From assembly GCA_965644495.1 (NCBI GenBank), contig CBFFSA010000014.1:186001-250000 (forward strand): a stretch of 64,000 nucleotides of DNA, in the 5' to 3' direction. Under the pieces are notes generated by a model. It saw only the letters and a program-made list of their open reading frames with translations. It made no database searches and was not told the origin of the DNA. How positions within the stretch are numbered: position 1 is the stretch's first letter; each line of letters starts with the position of its first letter. The translations under genes were made by a program, and so were the position numbers. Below are positions 23,941-34,617 of this stretch, piece by piece. The DNA is from Perkinsela sp. CCAP 1560/9. Taxonomy: Eukaryota > Protista > Euglenozoa: Kinetoplastea.

Positions 23941-24790
23941 ATATAAATTATAACAAAAAAGAAAATATATATTATATTTATAATTATAAAAATCAATGAG
24001 AATGTTTTCCAAAGATACCGGAGACCCGCCAGTAAACGACCCCCGGTAAGAGAGATTGGCTCTGGAGGCTGGCTGGTTGGCGGGGCTGAGCGGGCGGGGG
24101 TTGTTGGACGGGTAAGGGTGGGTGAGCGGGGTGAGGGTTATTGGGAGGGCTGTGATGGCTGTGGTACGGAGTTGTCTGGACAGAAAATCAATGCGCGCAT
24201 GAGTAAAAGAGGTCTTAAACAGAGTGGGAAACCGAGTTCAACTCGCTTTCGAAGACGTGTGTGCGAAACACAACGTGTGTGCGATAAATATGATATATCG
24301 ATTACTTGTAGAAGGGGGAGGAGCATTTACAATCAAAACAACCCAGGCTAAAATGGAAGACGGAGATACTCGTCCTTGCGCCCCCTCCTTCATCTAAGGT
24401 CTTGAGCGTCACACACGTCCAGTTAAAATTTGGCCTTTGCAGGTGCATTACCAGAACATGTTGAAGAAGTATCTAACGAAACCAAAGCGCATACAGGTAC
24501 ATCAGGGCCCAAACTCTCCAAATACGCTAGAGGAGTTAATTTGGGAATCTTTTATTTTCACCCACGAATTTTCAGGTTTTCATTTCGAAAACTCACCCGA
24601 CACGAAATCAGGCCACAAATCGGGCACGACGAAATAACCTACCGAGGGAATAGTGCCTCCCTCAATATTTTTAAGCATGTCGTGAATGCTTTGTGCGAAC
24701 AGAATCAAATTTATAAATTTCACAATTCTTATTTTTTTTTTCGAAAATTCTGTCTTGCCATTTATAAAAATCAATGAGAGACAGAGTATA

Positions 24791-25514
24791 CCGTATACCC
24801 CCAGTAAGAGAATGGGATTTGGGTCGAAATGGCCAAATCTCTCTTACTGGGGGGGTATGCCTTTTTGGCCAGTTTCCTCTTTTCTCCCAACTTTTTTGAC
24901 TATTTTTTTGTATTTTTTCTTCGGAAAACGTGTTAAAACGCTTCTTTGGGTTACCCCCGAGGCCCCCAACATGCAAACACCCATCCCCTACCTATTTGGC
25001 TCCCAAGCCAAATCTCTCTTACTGGGGGTCAGCCCAAAAAGGGCCAAATCTCTCTTACTGGGGGGGTATGCCTTTTTGGCCAGTTTCCTCTTTTCTCCCA
25101 ACTTTTTTGACTATTTTTTTGTATTTTTTCTTCGGAAAACGTGTTAAAACGCTTCTTTGGGTTACCCCCGAGGCCCCCAACATGCAAACACCCATCCCCT
25201 ACCTATTTGGCTCCCAAGCCAAATCTCTCTTACTGGGGGTCAGCCCAAAAAGGGCCAAATCTCTCTTACTGGGGGGGTATGCCTTTTTGGCCAGTTTCCT
25301 CTTTTCTCCCAACTTTTTTGACTATTTTTTTGTATTTTTTCTTCGGAAAACGTGTTAAAACGCTTCTTTGGGTTACCCCCGAGGCCCCCAACATGCAAAC
25401 ACCCATCCCCTACCTATTTGGCTCCCAAGCCAAATCTCTCTTACTGGGGGTCAGCCCAAAAAGGGCCAAATCTCTCTTACTGGGAGGGGGGTACCTTACT
25501 GGGGGGGTATACGG
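24791..25514. mobile_element. CCGTA-terminated (Tc2/pogo-like) MITE, TA-flanked
   Basis: TA|ccgtatacccccagtaag ... cttactgggggggtatacgg|TA. A related left end occurs at 41993. Confidence 0.8.
24831..25485. repeat. 211-bp tandem repeat, about 3 copies
   Basis: Identical ORF starts at 24930, 25141 and 25352; units appear identical. Confidence 0.95.
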
Positions 25515-25559
25515 TAGTTTCCAAAGAAAATAATAAAAAAATAAAAAAACCCTCTTCTA

Positions 25560-26066
25560 CCTCTAGGGAGGGCACTCCGCCCATCATCAGAGCCACGATA
25601 CTGGAAGGGATTGCGGCTGCAGTCAACGTCTCCAGCTCCCCTCATAAGGATACCGAGCTGGTCCAATGTACCGGTTCCCAACAGGGGTCGACCCCAACCA
25701 CCCAGGTCGCAAACACGGAGATCTAACCCCCTCCCCCGAAAATCTGGCGGAACTATTGGGGAGGGGCTCTCTCCGCAAGCTTTACGCGGTTCAATGCCCC
25801 GCGTGGAGAGAACATGTGGCTAGCGTTTGTCACGATTCCCTTGACAAATCAGTCGAAGGAAAAGCGGCGATTGCATGGAATCTTCTACTTGCAGTCAATA
25901 GATTCCTCTCTTACCCTGATGATAAACTGTCACAACGACAGTTAGCACGCGAACTCCGTGTGCGTGCTCGTCTGGAAGGATCGGAAACCTCGGCTCCGAC
26001 CCCCAACCCTGCGAATGGCTCCCCCGTGTGTGTTACAAAACGGGTGGAAGAATTATCTAGGGCGGG
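25560..26066 (+). mobile_element. Fragment of the CRE/SLACS-type RT ORF N-terminus
   Basis: PSPENLAELLGRGSLRKLYAVQ.PAWREH is shared with ~36.5-36.9 kb. Confidence 0.9.
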
Positions 26067-26786
26067 AAAAAAGAAAAATAAAATAAAATTTACTTAATCT
26101 GTCCCACTACACGAACTTACTTCAGCGTTAATTTTGTGCATATAAAGGGGGGTCCCACTACACAAACTTTTTTCAGCCTGCATTTTGTGCATATTAAAGG
26201 GGGGTAAGGGGGGTGCATATTAAGGGGCGGGGTCACAGTAAGAAATGGAACATGCCGCCACTGTTGAAAGAAGGGTCATGAGCTCAAGGACTGGTATAAG
26301 ATGCCTCCTCTCCATGATAAAAAGGCTCGCTACGATGGCCCCCGAGCAAAAAAACGACGTTACATGCATTGGTCATTGTTTTATGCGTGAACTGCAGTAG
26401 TTTTCCGAATAAAGTCATGAGCTCATTGTAGAAGATTGTAAGTTTATAAGCGATAAAGGTCGGTGGAAGAACAAAAAACTCAAACATAAATCGAAATGAA
26501 AGGGACGGCTTCTCGGTGTCTACCGTATGCGGACCAAAATATTCCAAAAAATATCTCTAACTATCCCAAAAAATATGGGCATGAATGAAAAAACGTAGAA
26601 ACCCCAATGACTTCGTAGACGTGCTGCGTAGACCGACGCTGTTCACGAAAGGGGAGTACCTTTCGTTGACGAGATCGAACTGAAATTTTAGCATTTTAGA
26701 ACCGGCGTTTTTTATGTGCATTTTGAGAGTTCTGCTGCAGCAATCCGTTTCTCTGTGGACTGTTATCCTCTACTCACTCACCTTTT

Positions 26787-28730
26787 TCACTCCATCCGTC
26801 GCCTCCCCCCTCGCTGGGATCCCTCTCGTTTCTGTGCGACCGCCTTGTTTTTTTTCTCTTCCTCCTCCCTCTCCTCTGGGGTCACCAGCCACACGACATT
26901 AGCAAACTTATCGAAGTGAAACGTCCCGGGGTGTTTTAAAATTACCTGCGTCAGCCCGCCGTATCTTCGAGCCGCTTTCTTTGCGGCCTCCGGGAGCTGT
27001 GCCTGCAGCGCGTTCATCGACTTGCGACGCTCCGTGTCGGCCGCCCAACAATCCAGCATGGCTTTCAATAGATTATCCATTAACAAATATGGATTCCCCT
27101 TCTCGTGGTCACATACCTCGTCGCGACGTCGTACGCAGTTCTCATAGATCACATTGCCATGTGCTGTCTCCTTTTTTTGCTGGAATATATGAAACTTGTC
27201 ATGGTGTTTACGAAGGAATGTCATTGGACGCCCATCATGGCGTAGATCTAAACCGTTGCGCAGCATCATGTGCTGCCTGGTATTGAGATGAGAGCTCACC
27301 AGGGGAAGCAGATCTGGCATAAGCACCGAAGAAAACTCCGGGATACGATGGTAAATAATGTCCGCAATCTCGGCGTCGGTCATGGAGGGGGCGTCAAGCG
27401 GCAGAGAAATCCAGCCGAGTTTGGAGGAGTACACCCGCTTGAACCCCTCTCGTTTGCGGCGCTCGAAATCGACCGGAGTGAACATCGAGGTGCAGGGCTC
27501 CTCGGCGAGATTCAGAAGCTCCCGACGTGCCTCGGCGTGAGTTTCGGAAGTCAATGCGACGTCAAATGTTGCCTCCGCCTCCAGGGTGTGCTCGGTCCCC
27601 TCCACCGGCGACATCTCCGGGTAATCCTCCCTCACCAACGACCGTATCTGCCGGGTCTCACTGCGTGCGATAAGTTTCGGAAACATACACGCCATTGCGG
27701 AAAGCGTAAAAGCACTCTGGGCCCCCCATTTTGCAATCGAGGGAAATACCCCCGCCTGAGCCTGTTCGAGGGAAACAAACTTTGTGGGAAGACAAAACGC
27801 CAGCTTCACCATCACCTCCGGCGGCATCGCATAGCTCCTGTAGCTCCCCGCTAACCTCTCATCCTTATCCACATCCCACGCCACTTTCACATTCGGCAAC
27901 CTCCGGACAAATATCTCCTTCTGTTTTCCATAATACGCCTGGTCCAGCTCCGGGGTCACCAACAGCACCGTCTCCGGCCCCACCCCCCTCTCCGTCACCG
28001 TCCGTCGCACATAGGACACCACCACCGCCCACGGCACCCAGTACCCCGGGGTGATTTGCAAAACCCGCTTCCCCACATCCACCGCGGTGCCATACATCAC
28101 CGTCCCGCTCCCCGGCGGGAACCGGCTCTTGGTCTCCGCCACCCAGGCGCGCCTCCCCACGTACGGCGCCCCCTCGCTGTGGTCCTTTCGCACCTCGTAG
28201 CGCGTGGCCATCTCCCCCCCCCGGGTCAGCACCTGGAGCAGCCGCGGCACCTCCTGGGAGAGCATAATGTGCAGCAGCTCGAGCCGGATGTAACCCGCGT
28301 GGGGCACCAGGCGGTGGATCCCGTTCGCGAGGTCGGCGTCCTGCTGCACCACGGACGGGGGGACGCGACGGAGCTGGAGCGCGGTGCCCTCCCGGTTGAG
28401 CTGGAAGTAGGTGGGGAAGGCGTGGGCGAAGGTGCGGGGGGTGCCGAAGTACTTCTCCAGTTTCACCCCGTCCCGGTAGGACAGCGCGGGGAGCAGCGCG
28501 GAGAGGGGGAGACGGCCGGGGGGGAAGTTCCCGATGCGGTGCGCGCAGAGTAGGCAGCGCGCGACGGTGAACACGAGGTCGAGCCCGGCGGAGCGACGGA
28601 CCTCGGGGTACTGCGAGGCGACGTAGGAGGTGGTGAGGAGGTGGTCGAGGGAGGGGGGAGGGGGCGGAGGGGGGGCGCAGCGAAGGGTGGGGGTGCGGTA
28701 GTGGAGGAGGGGGAAAAGGTTGCGGTACAT
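26787..28730 (-). CDS. Winged-helix family paralogue 4, predicted mitochondrial
   Basis: Starts MYRNLFPLL; motifs LVPHAGYIRLE, LAFCLP, VFPSIAKW, YGGLTQVILKHPGTF. Confidence 0.85.
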   Translation of the reverse strand: MYRNLFPLLHYRTPTLRCAPPPPPPPSLDHLLTTSYVASQYPEVRRSAGLDLVFTVARCLLCAHRIGNFPPGRLPLSALLPALSYRDGVKLEKYFGTPRTFAHAFPTYFQLNREGTALQLRRVPPSVVQQDADLANGIHRLVPHAGYIRLELLHIMLSQEVPRLLQVLTRGGEMATRYEVRKDHSEGAPYVGRRAWVAETKSRFPPGSGTVMYGTAVDVGKRVLQITPGYWVPWAVVVSYVRRTVTERGVGPETVLLVTPELDQAYYGKQKEIFVRRLPNVKVAWDVDKDERLAGSYRSYAMPPEVMVKLAFCLPTKFVSLEQAQAGVFPSIAKWGAQSAFTLSAMACMFPKLIARSETRQIRSLVREDYPEMSPVEGTEHTLEAEATFDVALTSETHAEARRELLNLAEEPCTSMFTPVDFERRKREGFKRVYSSKLGWISLPLDAPSMTDAEIADIIYHRIPEFSSVLMPDLLPLVSSHLNTRQHMMLRNGLDLRHDGRPMTFLRKHHDKFHIFQQKKETAHGNVIYENCVRRRDEVCDHEKGNPYLLMDNLLKAMLDCWAADTERRKSMNALQAQLPEAAKKAARRYGGLTQVILKHPGTFHFDKFANVVWLVTPEEREEEEKKNKAVAQKREGSQRGGRRRME

Positions 28731-28913
28731 GGGGGGAAGGAAGACGTGAGATTGGAAGAGGTTAGGATTGGGGGAAATAAAAAAAGAGTTGAGTAGAAAC
28801 AAGGATGTGGTTGGGAAGGTGTAGCGAGACGAATGGGAAATACCGGTGAGGTCAGTATGTTGGATTTTCTTTACAAGGGATGTTAGAGGTGTGTCGTGGC
28901 AGTGACCTGGTGC

Positions 28914-30698
28914 TTATCTGCTACCTGTGGAAGTGTTATTTTGTTGAATTGTGCTACATAATAGAACCACTACTTGTCCGCACACTCGGATATTCTTTGG
29001 ATATGCCATGAAAAACTTTTGAATTCCCTTGGTTCGCAAAGATTTTTTTGCGCCATCCGGTAGACGCTCAAACAGATTACTGATGGCCATTGATTTTCGT
29101 CCAGTATCAAAGCAAGAAATTATAGCTTCAAGGAGAATTTGCGGGTCCAAAAAAATATTTCCCCGTTCCTCGGGAGAAGCTGGTTGTCGAGACAGAATAT
29201 ATTGGAGTCGTTTATCCTCCTTGGGTTGCTGCTCCATGCTAAAACCGCAGTTAGGATATTTGCGTATAAGCTTGACAATGCTTCCCTGGTGTCGACTTAG
29301 CAAAGCATGTTTTACTTTATCCTGAACGACACTACTGATATTACGTATATCTGCCGTTACCTGGACCAGTGGCACGCACTCCATCTCAGGGACTCTTTCG
29401 CGTATCATTTCCAGTATCTCATGATCGGTAAACGGATTTTGCACTCTGTCTAAGAGCTTTTTCTTCCATCCGACTCGAACTTTTACCTTTTCCGTACATT
29501 TGTATGGCTGGAAAAACTTACTTGAGGGCTCGGAAGCCATGTGCAGCAAATGTTCCAGCTCGGGGCTTGCAGCAATCTTGGTGCAAAACTCAGATTCCGC
29601 CTCAGCGGTATATTCTAGACCTGTTTCTGGGGATATATCGGGGTATTGCTTTCGTACTATGGAGCGTACGTCTTTTTCCCAATTGACTTCTATAATTTCT
29701 GGATACATTTTAACAAGGGCGGAAAAGGAAAACGCAAGATCGTTCTCGATCCACCTTTTGACAGAAGGAAACACATTCCATTGTGCCTCCCTCTGAGAGC
29801 GAAATTCACAAGGCAACGAAAAAGCTAACTTCAAAACTTTCTTGGGACCGAGTCGGAACGATGTATGCGACACCTCACACGGAGGAAGTTCAAACTCACA
29901 ATTTCGATTGTCGCGCCGAACAAAAATATCACTACTATTCGCGTAGCTGGAGAGCTGAATGGCCTGATTTAAAATTGCTGAAACTCGACTATGTCCAGCT
30001 ACATCTATGGCATTACGATGTTCCGGTGGTACACGCTCTAGACACTCTTGTAAGGGTACCCAATAATGCGGTACGGCGCGAATCAACATGTCCGCCGCTT
30101 CTGCTGCCAAAAATAAACTATGGTTATCACCAACTAAGAAAACACTAAGCAGGCAAGCTTCTGTTTCACGTTTTAATATGAATCGTTTCTTATTTGAATC
30201 AATAGCCGTTGTATATATTTTTTGTAGATCCTCGTTGTTTAAGAACAATTGGTAAACCGTCGCAGAAGATATATTGCCAAACAGATGACACAGTAACTCA
30301 AGATGAACGAAACCTATTGGAGGCATTATAGACTCCAGCACCTTTTGCAATGCCTTCTCGTTGATGTCTTTTTCAGGAATCGGAGGGACTCGCTCAATGA
30401 GGTCTCGATCGGGAAAAATGCGGAAAACACTTGGGTAGTTAGAAAAAAGGTTATTAATAGATCCCCAATACTCCACTATCTTAGATCTCTTTTGCTCCTT
30501 CCATCTTGCTCTCACATTCGACAGTGAACCCCTCCAAGGCCGTGCGTTGTAGCCCGTTCGATTATTTACGCGGTCACAAAGCGTCAGACACGTCCAACTA
30601 AGCGTCTCAAACGCAAGTATGTTGCGCGCCAAAATTTTCATGCTGGCGCGACATGATAAATCTTTCTGTTGGACTCTGATGCGCGAGAATAGAAACAT
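28914..30698 (-). CDS. Winged-helix family paralogue 5, predicted mitochondrial
   Basis: Starts MFLFSRIR; motifs WGSINNLFSNYPSVF, LAFSLP, VFPSVKRW, YPDISP. Confidence 0.85.
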   Translation of the reverse strand: MFLFSRIRVQQKDLSCRASMKILARNILAFETLSWTCLTLCDRVNNRTGYNARPWRGSLSNVRARWKEQKRSKIVEYWGSINNLFSNYPSVFRIFPDRDLIERVPPIPEKDINEKALQKVLESIMPPIGFVHLELLCHLFGNISSATVYQLFLNNEDLQKIYTTAIDSNKKRFILKRETEACLLSVFLVGDNHSLFLAAEAADMLIRAVPHYWVPLQECLERVPPEHRNAIDVAGHSRVSAILNQAIQLSSYANSSDIFVRRDNRNCEFELPPCEVSHTSFRLGPKKVLKLAFSLPCEFRSQREAQWNVFPSVKRWIENDLAFSFSALVKMYPEIIEVNWEKDVRSIVRKQYPDISPETGLEYTAEAESEFCTKIAASPELEHLLHMASEPSSKFFQPYKCTEKVKVRVGWKKKLLDRVQNPFTDHEILEMIRERVPEMECVPLVQVTADIRNISSVVQDKVKHALLSRHQGSIVKLIRKYPNCGFSMEQQPKEDKRLQYILSRQPASPEERGNIFLDPQILLEAIISCFDTGRKSMAISNLFERLPDGAKKSLRTKGIQKFFMAYPKNIRVCGQVVVLLCSTIQQNNTSTGSR

Positions 30699-31359
30699 TG
30701 GGTTTATGTGCTCTATCCTTTTGCAAACACTTTGTGTTATTATTCAGTGCTCATAAATAAAAGAGATAATGTGGTACAGATACTATACTGTACTATAGAT
30801 ACTAATGTGGTACTAAACAGAAATGTGTATCCAAGGTGAATATGAGCGGATGCACGATACAAGCAGAATGGAAACCGGGCTACGTTATTTCTATCATGGA
30901 GGGAGGGGGGGCAATGCGTCTGAGGTGATTGGTAGAATAGGTTGCTTATCATGCGCTCTTTGGCGCAGATATAATCCCCTTAATGCGACGGCCGATGTCA
31001 TCGGCACATAATTCACCCACAACGGATGTCGCCAAAGGGGGTTCGACACGGACTCGGTCTGTAGAGGGGGTCCAGGCAACTCGCCTCTCTTTACGCAGCC
31101 GGAGGGGCGCACTGCAACCGACCGCTGCCTCGCGATAATGCGAGGCAGAGTCACGCCCAGTGGTCCTCAAGGGAGGCCACCATGGCGCATAGCTCCCCGG
31201 GAAGAGACAGGCGCGAGAAGAAGAAAGCCGGGGAAGGAAGAAAACTCACTCAAGGAGTGAGCCGGGGAGGGGTGAAAAGTCGGAAGTACGTCCCCTACTT
31301 CCACGACAAGAGGGGACAGTTCCCGCTAGCCGTCAGCCGGAAATGGGCATTAAAAGGGA

Positions 31360-31437
31360 AAATGTATGCCCGTTTCCGGGAAAAGAAAGGAAGGGCTAGC
31401 AAAATGTACCAACAAGGTACAGAAACTGTATCTTTAT
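31360..31437 (-). ncRNA. 5'-truncated SL RNA gene-like sequence (exon plus GT donor)
   Basis: Minus strand reads ATAAAGATACAGTTTCTGTACCTTGTTG|GTACATTTTG..., followed by a cccggaaacggg hairpin. The 3' end is uncertain. Confidence 0.7.
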
Positions 31438-32060
31438 TGCGTTGGTTGTAAAACTACCGCTCTACCCTCGATTATTGAAAAAAAAGTGAAAAAAAAAACA
31501 GTGAAAATATAAAGAGGAACACAGTAATATAATAGAAGAAAAATTTATAAAAGGGGGCCCCGGTGGTCCAAAATTGAAAAAAATGGGGGGTCCATGGGGG
31601 GGTCCATGGGGGGGGGTCCAGGAGGGGGGTCCAGGGGGGGGCATACATCGTTTTTTCAAATTTTCAAAATCCTGATTTTCGAAATCGAGCGCAGGGAAGT
31701 GGTAGAGTAGGCCGCGGCGATGACTTTCCACCCCCCCACCTGGGGGTACCTCCCTGGTACGCGCGGAAGGGGTCCGACAAGGTCAAAAATTCCGAAATTT
31801 TTGGGATGACCAAAAAAAATATTTTTTGATCCAAAAAAAAGCAAAAATATTATTTTCCAAAATCGACTACTAAACCGTATTTGGAGAGTTTCGGACTTCA
31901 GCTACCATTCTACGACGTTTTTGTCGACAGATTCGACTCCTGCCCCAACTGGTAAGGCATCCAAAACAGCCCAAATTGGGTGTAAAATTTCGCAATTTTT
32001 GCCGAAGAATCGAGCTTTTCCCCCCGAAAAAGTAGATTATTCATGATCTTTTGGCGATTC
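31437..32060. repeat. Dispersed repeat beginning TA|TTGCGGTGGTTGTAAAACTACCGC
   Basis: Direct copy at 39045-~39600; inverted copy ending at 33798. Confidence 0.85.
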
Positions 32061-32175
32061 TTCTTTTTTAGGCTCTTCGTTAAACGCGGTGGTAGTTTTC
32101 AACGCGAAGCGCGCAGCATGAGTGACTTCTAAGTTGAAAACAACCACCGCGTTTAACGAAGAGCCTAAAAAAGAA
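32061..32175. repeat. Foldback palindrome with 43-bp arms and a 29-nt loop
   Basis: Arm ttcttttttaggctcttcgttaaacgcggtggtagttttcaac. Other copies at 32899-33013 and 39894-40001; partial copies at 21241-21303, ~23035, ~39780 and ~48230. Confidence 0.92.
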
Positions 32176-32254
32176 ATGGCAGAATTCGAAACTCATTTGG
32201 TAAACTTGTTATGTAAACTTTACCCTTATTGGTGAAAGTGAAGTATAAAGAAGT

Positions 32255-32282
32255 ATAAAGATAGAGTTTCTGTACCTTGTTG
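32255..32282 (+). repeat. Degenerate inverted SL exon copy
   Basis: ataaagatagagtttctgtaccttgttg, followed by cctttctttccccggcaacgggcata as seen after the 31410 copy. Confidence 0.75.
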
Positions 32283-32389
32283 TTCATCCTTTCTTTCCCC
32301 GGCAACGGGCATATTCTTACTGTAATTATATGCTCGTTGCATAAAGCACATAAGAATATGAAAAAAAAAGCACATGAGAATATGAAAAA

Positions 32390-32611
32390 TTGAGGGTCTC
32401 TGGGCCAGGCACCCCATAGGTGGTGAAGGCCAGGGGGAAAAATCCATCCCTCTGGCGGCCGCCATCTCGTCATGGGCGCGGCGCTTGTTGCCTTCCGCCA
32501 TCCTCAGTGTATAAGAGGGATGGGCGGCCTCCTTATCTACGTAGGACGGGGCCAGTGGGTTAACCACGGTGGCGTCCACACGGGCGAGCTTCCGACCCAG
32601 TTGGAAGCATA
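32390..32611 (-). pseudogene. C-terminal part of the retrotransposon restriction-like endonuclease
   Basis: CFQLGRKLARVDATVVNPLAPSY...GNK, then PLAFTTYG after a frameshift. Confidence 0.85.
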
Positions 32612-34617
32612 CAGGGGTGAAAATCCCATGGTGGGGGGGGGTCTAAAATTCGTAAAATTTGTCCAATTTTGGAAAATAATAGCGCGTTCGAGAGCTCTCG
32701 CAGAGTTGTATGTTTTAAGATAGGCAGTTTGCGGGGGTTAGGGGGGTACCCCCCTTTGATGGAAGGGTCAAAAACACGATTTGCAAATTTTAAAAACTGT
32801 AAAAAATGGTCAAAAATTACCCTTAATACCCACAGGAAGACCCGTTTCGCTCAATAACGATGCGACAACGCTTGCGGAAACTGCTCATCGTGTTAATTTT
32901 CTTTTTTAGGCTCTTCGTTAAACGCGGTGGTTGCTTTCAACTTAGAAGTCACTCATGCTGCGCGCTTCGCGTTGAAAACTACCACCGCGTTTAACGAAGA
33001 CCCTAAAAAAGAAAATTTAGCCTGGAAAACGGAAAGAATATAGCCGAAAATAGCCGAATTTCGGGTACAAATGGGGTGATTTTCGCGCATTTTTGCTCTC
33101 AGAGCACTAAATCCGACATTTGCGCGTGGGAAATCACTCGCAGGCATGAATGAAAGCCTACCGAACGTATTGGGTAGAGAATACGACTCCAACCATACCA
33201 TTCTTTCGACACAAAAATGCCCCTTGGAGTCCGAAAAATACTTTTTCACCTTTTTTAGTCAAAATTGGGCCATTTTGAGGGGCGCACCACGGTTCGAAGA
33301 AGTGATACCTTGCGAAAACAACTGCGGAGAAAGCTAGTGTAGGTCCCAAACTATCAAAATACAATAGGGGAAACGATTTTGGAAAACTATTTTTTTTGTC
33401 ATTTTTTTCGCCAAGTTGAATTTTTTTTCAAAATTTTTTTTCCGAAAAAATCCGAACTTGGCGGACCCGTCCTGCGGATACGCGGGGGGGTCACCCCCGG
33501 GTGGGGGGGTGGAAAATGCGCGCCAAGACCCCGGCTACCCTTTCTGCGGTTTTTTTTCGAAAACTAATTTTTTCGAAAAAATTTGCTCGACCATGCCCCC
33601 CCCCCTGGACCCCCCCCTGGACCCCCCCCATGGACCCCCCATTTTTTTCAAATTTTTTTTTCAGTTTTGGTCCACCGGAGCCCCCTTTTATATTTTTTTC
33701 TTCTATTATATCACTGTGTTCCCCTTTATATTTTCACTGTTTTTGTTCACTTTTTTTCAATAATCGAGTGTAGAGCGGTAGTTTTACAACCACCGCAATA
33801 CATTCTTACTTGCGTTCTGATTGTAATCTTTCGAACGCTGTCTCAATGGCCGATACTAATTCAGCCCGATTCTTGGGTCGAAGATCATTTTTGATCCTGT
33901 CCATGGTCCCCCAAAGGTTTTCAATGGTGTTTAAATCGGGGGATTCTGCAGGCCAAGAGAGTACATTAATACCTTCGTTGCGAAAGGTTGTTCGCGCAGA
34001 ATTATGAACAGGACAATTATCCATTGCAACGACCCCAGATGGGTGGCGCCTCAAATAATTTAAAAGTCCTTTGCGCTTCTTCATGGCATCATTGAAAACA
34101 TCCCCTGTTACAGTTACTTTTCGGCCGGAAGGGTCGTGGGAGGGAAAAATGTGTAGATGAAATCCATGATTTTAACTGACCCCCATCCACACCATGACGC
34201 CGTTCCCTCCATATCAAGGTTCTAGCTCTCCCTGCTGTTCCTTGGCGGGGTCAGTCTTCCGGCAAAAGTAAGTAATTTTGTTTCGTCCCCTACCGCAAGT
34301 GAACTTCTTCTCATCGCAGAAAACAATTTGTCTCAGTTGGGTATCTGACCAAGTGAGCATCTCAGAACAAAAATGCACTCGTTTCCTCTTGTGTTCATCG
34401 GTCAGTGCGGGCTTTCTTTTTAAAGTTCGCATGATCATACCATGGCTCTTCATGGCGTTAACCAAAGTTGGTCTTGAACACTGAAATCCAAGAGAAAGCA
34501 CAACTCTATGGAGCACACCAGTTCTCAATCCCGTACGGGAGGTCACGGTATCCCTCATCAATTATAAATCATTTTTACGAATTTTAGACCCCCCCCACCA
34601 CGAGTTTTTCACCCCTG
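32612..34617 (-). mobile_element. Tc1/Tc3-like DNA transposon with decayed transposase and TA target duplication
   Basis: TIRs caggggtgaaaa...gtctaaaattcgtaaaa at both ends. Transposase pieces: KRKPALT...IVFCDEKKF (34214-34561) and DNCPVH...WPAESPDLNTIENLW (33806-34084). Confidence 0.92.

Noticed and set aside
24831-25485. CRISPR array or repeated protein genes
   Set aside because: Units are identical with no unique spacers, there are no cas genes, and the ORFs are repeat artefacts.
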